From Spirosomataceae bacterium (lineage in GTDB: Bacteria; Bacteroidota; Bacteroidia; Cytophagales; Spirosomataceae): a DNA stretch of 24,000 nt. The notes under the pieces were generated by a model that was given only the letters and a program-made list of their open reading frames with translations, was not told the origin of the DNA and did no database searches. Location of the stretch: NCBI GenBank assembly GCA_965249815.1, contig CBDFMV010000003.1:2574218-2598217 (forward strand), read 5' to 3'. A program made the translations under genes and the position numbers. Shown here one piece after another: positions 17,301 to 23,803 of this stretch (position 1 is its first letter; each line of letters begins with the position of its first letter).

Positions 17301-18116
17301 ATTGGCGTCGTCTATAAGAAAGAGGTATTTCTGCCCTGGGCGTACTAAATCGCCGAGGTCTTCAAGGAGGGGAGCGAATTTGTTGGTAATGCAAATAGGA
17401 GTGTAGCCTTCATTCTGCTTACAGAATTCACGGAGTGCCTCCAGAGCCAGCTTTGTTTTGCCAACGCCCGGTGCCCCCGACAAAATCGCAATGGTGTGCT
17501 GGTTGAGAAGGCTCAGGAATGAGGCTAAATCGTCTGAGCGGTGAAGGAAAGGGTTTGACAAAGGGTTGTTTTCGCCAATGGACTTGCGTTCCTGAGCGGC
17601 AATAAATTCGTCCGGTGTAAGCAGTTGCAGTGTCTCACCAGGAAGTCCGAGGTACCGACGGGCAAGTTGGGGGAAATCGTTGTGGATTGCCAGGGCCAAA
17701 CTGTCCAGGTTAATGAGTTCCAATCGGATGGTTCGTGGGCAAGCCTGCCGAAGCGCTTGGTCTTCTTCAGTAGTCAGCCTGCCAGCGAATGCCAGGGTGA
17801 TGCGGTCAATCTGCTGCGGTTGCAGACCTGTTTTGGCTTCGTCCAAGCACTTTGCCAAATCGTCATGCAGTTTTCCCGCGAGAGACCTCTGCTGTTTCGT
17901 GTACTCAATCAGTACGTATTGTCCACTTGGTAGGACTACATAGGTGTCAGGCGTACCCTTCACCGTTTGCATCTTCCCTGCTTGAGTACCTGTCCGGGTG
18001 ATTTGCCGGAACTCGGCCCCGTACTGGCAGAACAGGTATTCATCGCATAGGCGTTGAAAGGTAGCGGAGTCAACTCGTAAGAGTGCTCCCTCGATTTCGG
18101 TCAGGCGCTGGTTCAT
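14337..18116 (-). CDS. Large P-loop NTPase (AAA+/STAND-like) with a nuclease-like N-terminal domain and a long helical C-terminal region; candidate single-gene antiphage protein
   Basis: 1259-aa uninterrupted ORF in the AT-richer island. Walker A 'GAPGVGKT' is at aa 214-221 (nt 17454-17477) and Walker B 'YLFLIDDANR' at aa 264-273. 'VILTVRDY' is sensor-1-like and 'NGNPRLAIMAARLA' sensor-2/Arg-like. The N-terminal roughly 160 aa carry 'GTPD(57)TYVV...YVLIE(71)YTK(74)', reminiscent of Mrr/PD-(D/E)xK nucleases. About 850 C-terminal residues show no enzymatic motif I recognise. The CDS call is secure; the function is inference. Confidence 0.85.
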   Translation of the reverse strand: MNQRLTEIEGALLRVDSATFQRLCDEYLFCQYGAEFRQITRTGTQAGKMQTVKGTPDTYVVLPSGQYVLIEYTKQQRSLAGKLHDDLAKCLDEAKTGLQPQQIDRITLAFAGRLTTEEDQALRQACPRTIRLELINLDSLALAIHNDFPQLARRYLGLPGETLQLLTPDEFIAAQERKSIGENNPLSNPFLHRSDDLASFLSLLNQHTIAILSGAPGVGKTKLALEALREFCKQNEGYTPICITNKFAPLLEDLGDLVRPGQKYLFLIDDANRQTPILVQTLEYLYAKRDVHFKVILTVRDYALNVVQRHLKTYQSDSYFLEKFTDEQINQLISAEPFGIRNPLFQQRIGFLANGNPRLAIMAARLAKKEQNILALNDATDLFVTYYDNLTDAEDNHLLSDPTRLKVLGLLAVFRQIDLLDESFCKQLSQAFGLSRDTFAAELSALEKDELADVYMNDQSLFKISDQNLATYAVFLAFIERKFLSVETLLTNFFEEYPHRIRDAFYGVLNVLDQQRTIADIREVTHQYFHSVREDDEKAFAFLEIFYFALPTETLAYLHQFAYLLPDLQAVWEENPWHGITGNTALEKRLTLLFHFLEGVNEHFETALELLLLIAKQNPKSSEEIVKKVNDRLSFRPDDTPYPELRQAAYFDFLINQASTGNSEARRLVVALVPSFLRIEFESNSSKGRLVTFTRLPLPYREPFLSFRESLWQFVRGQLPAYPQELRQVIYAYLKTFHRGEDKEYRQFDMERLIPLIYEYFSPNDFEDCHFAHEYVRLLEWKGIYSDEMEALTNHFHNQQYDFYLLMQWNRIRGQNAGDEIWTNEEEYKRKKQSELLENLDLSSEGAIDEFFNAVMALYSYKACEGESFDKQLVAILRGVADGPDKTLFERTIILFSQYDWPLHFGIPYVIHQIFGQIDCKVERWHQIFSGAAFHREEWKLAFWGLLAPEVITPFYAEQLILFYEQSTLQGLYFRDQIWNKYLPHRPTLYRDVLTALTKRYETKGIWYNLEYDFFSESISRFDPIADLPLLKKAYILQFGHTRTGHYDFDRRNLQALLTLDPGFLLEFVEAHYERQSDHISHPEIDNLGFIWQLEDSIGWAMKVIKLMKSKSRYDFLHGRYKSFFQQVLPNSKETVIAFLRAFVQEYHREPKEIESLTQALLEVGLEKEWSFCIREFLSINRSLSEFKMIDWAPHGGGGGADFNFDQMRADQLKQVVAQVRRMPTHLPYLGHIQHLEQIIGRYEKYADAERRRQFAQDD

Positions 18117-18169
18117 TATAATAAATGGATGTTTTCCGAGTAAACGCTTGAAATTTTTGTGAGTTCCAT

Positions 18170-18199
18170 TTTGATATAACTTTTTTTACTATACATTTG
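18170..18199 (+). promoter_or_regulatory. Candidate Bacteroidetes-type promoter for the hsdS'-hsdM-...-CBASS gene string, possibly giving a leaderless transcript
   Basis: TTTG (18170-18173), an 18-nt spacer, then TACATTTG (18192-18199, matching TAnnTTTG). The motif ends 4 nt before the ATG at 18204, so the predicted start site falls at or near the start codon. It sits in an 87-nt AT-rich divergent intergenic region. Confidence 0.3.
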
Positions 18200-18203
18200 T
18201 GCC

Positions 18204-18797
18204 ATGATTCAACCTCTGGCCACCCTTGCCCGTATTCAATTAGGGACTACCCAACTCAGGGACGAAGGGGAAGGTGGAGTGCCGTTGGTGCAGGTGGGGG
18301 CCTTTGACAAGTACGGACGCATAATTCCAGACAACCCACGTCCGTTCAGCACGACTACCGCTGATATTCCTCAACGTGCCTGGGTTAAACCAGGGGATGT
18401 GCTATTGGCCGGAAAAGGAAGTCGGAACACCGCAGTCTATTACCGTCATGAGTACCCAGTTGCTGTAGCCTCTGCCGCATTTTTTATTCTACGGGTCATT
18501 GAGCCTGCCCTTTTGTTACCCGAGTTTCTTGCTTGTTACCTGAACCAGCCTGAACCTCAAGCACAAATGAAAAACCTTGTCAGTTCGTCGATTACCGTTC
18601 CAACCCTCAATAAAAGAGACCTGCTTGACCTACGAATTCCATTACCTCCTTTAGTTGTTCAGCGCCGCTTAGTGAATTTCTATAATGCGTTTCTTGAAAT
18701 CCACGACCTGAACCAGCACTTAACTAATCAATACGAGAAACTCCTCCATCAATGCTTTTTCCAGACTATCAGCCCGGATCTCAACAACCCGGAATAG
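18204..18797 (+). CDS. hsdS: Half-size Type I restriction-modification specificity subunit (single TRD HsdS)
   Basis: 197 aa with one target-recognition domain followed by the canonical junction 'LRIPLPPLVVQRRLVNFYN' (PLPPL.EQ-type motif) and a coiled C-terminal helix. It is about half the length of the full HsdS downstream. Confidence 0.7.
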   Translation: MIQPLATLARIQLGTTQLRDEGEGGVPLVQVGAFDKYGRIIPDNPRPFSTTTADIPQRAWVKPGDVLLAGKGSRNTAVYYRHEYPVAVASAAFFILRVIEPALLLPEFLACYLNQPEPQAQMKNLVSSSITVPTLNKRDLLDLRIPLPPLVVQRRLVNFYNAFLEIHDLNQHLTNQYEKLLHQCFFQTISPDLNNPE

Positions 18798-18838
18798 CTA
18801 ACACGGATCCATCTAATTCAGGCCTATCCAGTTCGGGT

Positions 18839-20383
18839 ATGAAACTGATTTCAGCCGCCGCCATCAACGGGGCCGTCTGGCGGGCCTGTGACACGTTTCG
18901 GGGTGTCATCGACCCCACGCAGTACAAGGACTACATCCTGACGTTCCTGTTCCTAAAGTATCTGTCGGACCTCTGGAAAGACCGATTCCAGTTTTACCTG
19001 AGCCGGTACAACGAAACTTTCGATAATTGCCCCCGTACGCAGCGTGCAATGGAACAGTTTGAGCGGTTCCGGTTGCCAGAGGAGTCTCGCTACGAGTACC
19101 TCTACGACCAGCGCAACGCCACTGACATCGGCGAGAAAGTAGACATTGCCCTCGAACACCTCGAAGAGTCTAACCGCACTAAACTGGAAGGAGTGTTTGG
19201 CGACATCAGCTTCAATTCAGAAAAACAACTTGGGCCTACCCGCGACCGAAACCGTCGAATCAAAAACCTCATCGAGGATTTCAAAAATATTGACCTGACT
19301 CCCTCGCATCTGGAAAGTAACGACGTCATCGGCGACGTCTACGAATTCCTCATTGAACGTTTCGCTTCTGATGCGGGCAAAAAAGCCGGTGAATTCTATA
19401 CACCTTCGGCGATTTCTACGCTACTGGCACGTCTGATGACTCCGCAGCCGGGTAGCCGTATTGCCGACCCTACTTGTGGTTCTGGTTCATTACTTATTAA
19501 AGTAGGCCAGCAGGTAGGTTCGCGGAACTTCGCTCTCTACGGGCAGGAAATCAACCGCAGTACCTACGCGCTGGCCCGAATGAACATGTTTCTCCACGGC
19601 TTTGACGACGCCATCATACGCTGGGGGGATACACTTAATAACCCGCTGCTGCTCGAAAACGACCGGCTCATGAAGTTCGACGTGGTGGTAGCCAATCCGC
19701 CGTTTTCGCTCGATAAGTGGGGAGCCGAAGATGCCGCAAAGGACCGCTACGGGCGATTTCATCGCGGTACTCCACCCAAATCGAAAGGTGATTTTGCGTT
19801 CATTTCCCACATGATTGAGACCACCTATGAGGGCAAAGGGCAGGTAGGCGTCATCGTACCTCATGGTGTCTTGTTCCGGGGCAGTACGGAAGGCTTGATT
19901 CGCCGGAAATTGATTGAAGAGAATCTGCTCGAAGCCGTCATTGGCTTACCCGCGAACTTGTTTTTCGGTACGGGCATACCCACAGCCATTCTGCTTTTCA
20001 ACCGTTCTCGTACGGGAAGTGCCAATACGGATGTGCTTTTCGTGGATGCCAGTCGTGATTACGCTGATGGCAAAAACCAAAGTGCGTTACGCCCCGAGCA
20101 CATCAATCGTATTGTCGATACGGTACAAACATTCCGTCAGACACCTGATGGTCCGGCGGGTTTGGTGGCCGATAAATATGCGTATCGTGTTACGCTGGAT
20201 GAAATCCGCGAGAACGATTACAACCTCAATATTCCACGCTATGTGGATACTTTCGAGGAGGAGGAACCCATTGACATTCGGGCTACTCAAGCTGAAATTA
20301 CCCAGTTAGAGGCACAGTTGGTTAATGCCAAAGCGCAAATGCAGCGGTACTTACAGGAGTTGGGATTTCAAGATGCTGACTAA
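18839..20383 (+). CDS. hsdM: Type I restriction-modification N6-adenine DNA methyltransferase subunit M
   Basis: Start taken at ATG 18839 (MKLISAAAINGAVWRACDTFRG...), giving 514 aa. The HsdM_N-like region has 'YKDYILTFLFLKYLSD'. The SAM motif I is 'ADPTCGSGSLL' and the catalytic motif IV is 'VVANPPFS'. The track ORF from 18752 is a 5' extension. Confidence 0.93.
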   Translation: MKLISAAAINGAVWRACDTFRGVIDPTQYKDYILTFLFLKYLSDLWKDRFQFYLSRYNETFDNCPRTQRAMEQFERFRLPEESRYEYLYDQRNATDIGEKVDIALEHLEESNRTKLEGVFGDISFNSEKQLGPTRDRNRRIKNLIEDFKNIDLTPSHLESNDVIGDVYEFLIERFASDAGKKAGEFYTPSAISTLLARLMTPQPGSRIADPTCGSGSLLIKVGQQVGSRNFALYGQEINRSTYALARMNMFLHGFDDAIIRWGDTLNNPLLLENDRLMKFDVVVANPPFSLDKWGAEDAAKDRYGRFHRGTPPKSKGDFAFISHMIETTYEGKGQVGVIVPHGVLFRGSTEGLIRRKLIEENLLEAVIGLPANLFFGTGIPTAILLFNRSRTGSANTDVLFVDASRDYADGKNQSALRPEHINRIVDTVQTFRQTPDGPAGLVADKYAYRVTLDEIRENDYNLNIPRYVDTFEEEEPIDIRATQAEITQLEAQLVNAKAQMQRYLQELGFQDAD

Positions 20384-20434
20384 GTTGCTCAACAAACCTT
20401 AAAATGCGGTTTCACAAGACTTTAATACTGGCCA

Positions 20435-21466
20435 ATGGCTGAGTTGTCTGACCAATTTACGGAAGTCGTCAACCTGATTCAGCAAGCCCGTGGCCGCGCT
20501 GTACAGCGGGTCAACAGCGAATTGATTGACCTGTACTGGAACGTTGGTGCCTACATCAGCCGCAAGGTGACCGCCAGCGAATGGGGTGACGGAACCGTGA
20601 ATCAACTGGCCGACTTCATCCGGCAGCACCATGCGGAGTTGCGGGGTTTCAATCGAAGGGGGTTGTACCGCATGAAGCAGTTTTACGAAACCTACCATCC
20701 GGTTCATGAGAATGTGTCGGCACTGCTGACACAAATTAGCTGGACCAATCACCTGGCTATTCTATCGCAGTGCAAGACCAGCGAAGAACGGCAATATTAC
20801 CTGCTTCGGAGTGCCCAAGAGCGATACAGTTCCCGGGAACTCGAACGCCAGATTGACAGTGGTCTGTTTGAGCGCACGGTGCTGGCCACCGCCCAACGGC
20901 CAGATACCGTTCGGCAACTGCCGCAGCAAACATCGGATGTGTTTCGGGATAGCTACGTATTTGAGTTTCTGGATTTGCCCGAACGTCACGATGAAACCGA
21001 CTTACAACGGGCCCTGATTCTCAACCTAAGTAAGTTTCTGTTGGAAACTGGTAGGCAGTTTACGCTTGCGGGCGAGAACGTGCGAATTCAGGTAGGCAAT
21101 CAGGATTTTTACATTGACCTGCTGCTGTACCACCGGACCTTGCAATGCTTAGTGGCTGTCGAGCTGAAAGTGACGAAGTTCAAACCCGAACACCTCGGGC
21201 AGTTGAATTTTTACCTCGAAGCACTCGACCGCGACCACCGATTGCCCCACGAAAACCCAAGCATTGGCCTGCTGCTCTGCACGAGTAAAGATAGCCAAGT
21301 TGTGGAATACGCCCTAAGTCGGAGCCTTTCGCCGACGTTGGTGGCCGATTACAGCCGTCAACTAATCGACAAACACCTGCTGGAAGCCAAAATAGCCGAA
21401 CTCTATCACCAAGCTCAACAAATAGCTGATGGCACCCTAACTCCTACAACGACTGATGGAAACTGA
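20435..21466 (+). CDS. DUF1016 / YhcG-family PD-(D/E)xK nuclease-domain protein embedded in the Type I RM operon
   Basis: 343 aa. The N-terminal 'VNSELIDLYWNVGAYI' and 'SWTNHLAIL' are typical of DUF1016. The C-terminal nuclease core is 'DFYIDLLLYHRTLQCLVAVELKVTKFKPEHLGQLNFYL' (D...ELK). The stop overlaps the hsdS start by 11 nt. Confidence 0.85.
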   Translation: MAELSDQFTEVVNLIQQARGRAVQRVNSELIDLYWNVGAYISRKVTASEWGDGTVNQLADFIRQHHAELRGFNRRGLYRMKQFYETYHPVHENVSALLTQISWTNHLAILSQCKTSEERQYYLLRSAQERYSSRELERQIDSGLFERTVLATAQRPDTVRQLPQQTSDVFRDSYVFEFLDLPERHDETDLQRALILNLSKFLLETGRQFTLAGENVRIQVGNQDFYIDLLLYHRTLQCLVAVELKVTKFKPEHLGQLNFYLEALDRDHRLPHENPSIGLLLCTSKDSQVVEYALSRSLSPTLVADYSRQLIDKHLLEAKIAELYHQAQQIADGTLTPTTTDGN

Positions 21467-22673
21467 ACTGATACCGTTAGCAACCAAAAACATTGCTCAC
21501 CAGCTACCAGACGGATGGGAATTGAGTAGATTAGGAATGCTGGTAAAATTCGTGAATGGCTATGCTTTTAAACCAGAAGATTGGAAAACGACGGGTTTGC
21601 CAATTATTCGCATTCAAAACCTGAATGACGCCAACGCCAGCTATAATTACTATGATGCTAAAGTTCCAGAACGATACTATGTACGTAAAGGTGATTTACT
21701 ATTCGCATGGTCAGGTACGAAAGGAGTCTCTTTTGGAGCAAGAGTTTGGAAAGGTGAATTAGCAATTCTGAACCAACATATTTTTCGGGTTATACCAACC
21801 AAAATTGACTCAGATTATTGCTATTACCTTCTCAGAGGGGCACAAGAAGCGGTTGAAAAAAATGCACATGGTTTCAAATCGACATTCGTACATGTTACGA
21901 AAGGCGAATTAGAGAAAGTTAAAGTTACCATTCCCCCCTTTGCCGAGCAGCGCAAAATCGTCGGCATTCTCGCCACCTGGGATGAAGCCATCCAAACCGC
22001 CCGGAACCTACTGACGGTAAAGCAAAAACGCAAATGGGGATTGATGCAACAATTGCTTACAGGGCAAGTTCGTCTTTCGGGGTTCTCAGAAGCATGGCGA
22101 GAGGTGAAAATTCGTAACGTAGCTCATGAAGTAAGCAAGCGTAACAAAGCAGACAAAGCGCTTAAGGTGCTTTCATGCACAAAATACAACGGATTAGTAG
22201 ACTCACTGGAATACTTCGGTAGAAAAATTTACAGCGATGACCTCAGCACATACAAAATTGCTCCAAAGAATTGCTTTGCATACGCAACTAACCATATCGA
22301 AGAAGGATCAATAGGGTACCAATCTAAGTACGATGAAGCATTAATCAGCCCTATGTACACAGTCTTTAGGACAGATAAGACCGTTGACGATGCATTTCTA
22401 TACTCCGTATTGAAAAGTGAGCGGTACGTCCAGATATACCAAAAAAACATGACGGGTTCAATCGATCGGCGCGGAGGCCTTCGTTGGGAAGAATTTTCCA
22501 ACATCAAGCTCAGCCTTCCTAACCTCGTAGAGCAACAGGCCATAGCCTCAATGCTCATCGCCGCCGATGAGGAAATCAGGTTGGCAAGCGCCGAAGTTGA
22601 TGCCCTAAGTCGGCAGAAGCGGGGATTGATGCAACAGTTGCTAACGGGGCAGGTGCGCGTAAACGCAGATTAA
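21456..22673 (+). CDS. hsdS: Full-length Type I restriction-modification specificity subunit S (two TRDs)
   Basis: 405 aa with two TRDs. Each is followed by a conserved junction, 'IPPFAEQRKIVGIL...KWGLMQQLLTGQVRL' and 'LPNLVEQQAIASML...KRGLMQQLLTGQVRV'. Confidence 0.92.
   Translation: METELIPLATKNIAHQLPDGWELSRLGMLVKFVNGYAFKPEDWKTTGLPIIRIQNLNDANASYNYYDAKVPERYYVRKGDLLFAWSGTKGVSFGARVWKGELAILNQHIFRVIPTKIDSDYCYYLLRGAQEAVEKNAHGFKSTFVHVTKGELEKVKVTIPPFAEQRKIVGILATWDEAIQTARNLLTVKQKRKWGLMQQLLTGQVRLSGFSEAWREVKIRNVAHEVSKRNKADKALKVLSCTKYNGLVDSLEYFGRKIYSDDLSTYKIAPKNCFAYATNHIEEGSIGYQSKYDEALISPMYTVFRTDKTVDDAFLYSVLKSERYVQIYQKNMTGSIDRRGGLRWEEFSNIKLSLPNLVEQQAIASMLIAADEEIRLASAEVDALSRQKRGLMQQLLTGQVRVNAD
22036..22657 (+). 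repeat. Intragenic direct repeat of the hsdS conserved region (two 37-nt copies 585 nt apart)
   Basis: GGGGATTGATGCAACAATTGCTTACAGGGCAAGTTCG (22036-22072) compared with GGGGATTGATGCAACAGTTGCTAACGGGGCAGGTGCG (22621-22657). The first 16 nt are identical and there are 5 mismatches overall. Both encode GLMQQLLTGQVR. Confidence 0.9.
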
Positions 22674-22685
22674 CAATACAACAAG

Positions 22686-23792
22686 ATGAAAAACGGCGAC
22701 GAACCACAGTCCTTTCGAATCCTGTCCATTGACGGCGGAGGCATCCGGGGAATCATTCCCGCCCGTTTTCTCTGTGATCTTGAAAGTGATGTCAGTCACG
22801 ACAAAGGAGAGGCTGTCCGTTTGTGTGACTACTTCGACTTGATTTGCGGTACGTCAACGGGTGGAATTATTGCAATTGGGTTGGCACTGGGTATGTCAGC
22901 GGCTGAAGTGTTGAATCTGTACAAGAATAACGCGAGTACCATCTTCGGACAGTCGTCTTGGTGGCTTGGGTTTTCTAAAAACGTTCGACGCCTGGCTTAT
23001 CCTAAACATTCCAGTTTAGGGTTGACGACGGTATTAAAAGCAGAGTTCGCCCGGTTTTCAGAAAATGGAGATACACGGATTGGTCACGCACGAACCAGAT
23101 TGGCTATTCCTGCTTTTCTGGCATCAGAAGGTAAGCCACGGGTATTCAAAACTTCGCACGACATGGAGTTGAAGCGCGATTACCAAATACCAGCCTACCA
23201 AGTAGCACTGTCAACCAGCGCGGCTCCTACTTACTTTTCGGCCCATACTTTTGAGTATGAAGACAATCGGACGAAGAGCAACAACAAGCTCACCAATTTA
23301 ATAGATGGTGGCGTATTTGCGAATAACCCAGCATTGATAGGCATATCTGAAGCACTGGCGCTGGGCTTTCCCGTCAGCAGCATCAAGCTCTTGTCATTAG
23401 GGACGGGTTCAGAATCCTTCAAAGAACCGCATCCAAAAAACCGATTTTATAACTTGAAGCCAGCTTGGGGAGTCAGCTATTGGCTTAACCCTTTTGCCGG
23501 GGCACCTCTCATCGAAATGATGATGCAAGCCAATTCTGAAAGTATAGACAATACCGTTAAAATTCTTAGTCGGGGATTAGGACGAGCCGAACGAAGTGTT
23601 TTCCAGTACGACCGAGTGCAAGTTCGGTTCGAGTCGAAAAAAGAACGGGTGGGTTTGGATTCGAGTCGGAAGAAAGAATTGGAGTTTCTCGAAGCGAAGG
23701 GAAAACACCTCTACGATTTACACGGAGGTCCGCTTACCCGTAGTTACTTCGACCAAAAAATTACGCCTTATACACCTTCATTCTCACTTTAA
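22686..23792 (+). CDS. capV: Patatin-like phospholipase, CapV-like CBASS effector
   Basis: 368 aa. The oxyanion motif is 'DGGGIRG', the nucleophile elbow 'GTSTGG' (GxSxG) and the catalytic Asp motif 'DGGVFANNP'. It lies directly upstream (11-nt gap) of a CD-NTase-like gene, the same capV-then-cyclase order as in Vibrio cholerae. Confidence 0.8.
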   Translation: MKNGDEPQSFRILSIDGGGIRGIIPARFLCDLESDVSHDKGEAVRLCDYFDLICGTSTGGIIAIGLALGMSAAEVLNLYKNNASTIFGQSSWWLGFSKNVRRLAYPKHSSLGLTTVLKAEFARFSENGDTRIGHARTRLAIPAFLASEGKPRVFKTSHDMELKRDYQIPAYQVALSTSAAPTYFSAHTFEYEDNRTKSNNKLTNLIDGGVFANNPALIGISEALALGFPVSSIKLLSLGTGSESFKEPHPKNRFYNLKPAWGVSYWLNPFAGAPLIEMMMQANSESIDNTVKILSRGLGRAERSVFQYDRVQVRFESKKERVGLDSSRKKELEFLEAKGKHLYDLHGGPLTRSYFDQKITPYTPSFSL

Positions 23793-23803
23793 AAGAACAC
23801 AAG

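Noticed and set aside
3146-18838. Upstream alternative starts offered by the ORF track for the DUF5916 gene (3146), the SGNH-like gene (5740, TTG), the thioesterase gene (7321) and hsdM (18752).
   Set aside because: Internal ATGs at 3197, 5770, 7255 and 18839 give proper signal peptides or canonical family N-termini. They also remove overlaps with neighbouring genes.
20399-20752. A 117-aa minus-strand ORF opposite the 5' end of the DUF1016 gene, considered as a possible small antisense gene or antitoxin.
   Set aside because: It lies entirely within the well-supported DUF1016 coding sequence, has no recognisable motif and no plausible promoter or terminator context. It is most likely a chance ORF.
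18204-22673. A phase-variable hsdS shufflon, with inverting or recombining S cassettes.
   Set aside because: Both hsdS genes are on the same strand and share no visible nucleotide repeats with each other. No site-specific recombinase is present. The only repeat (22036-22072 / 22621-22657) is the normal intragenic conserved-region duplication of a two-TRD HsdS.
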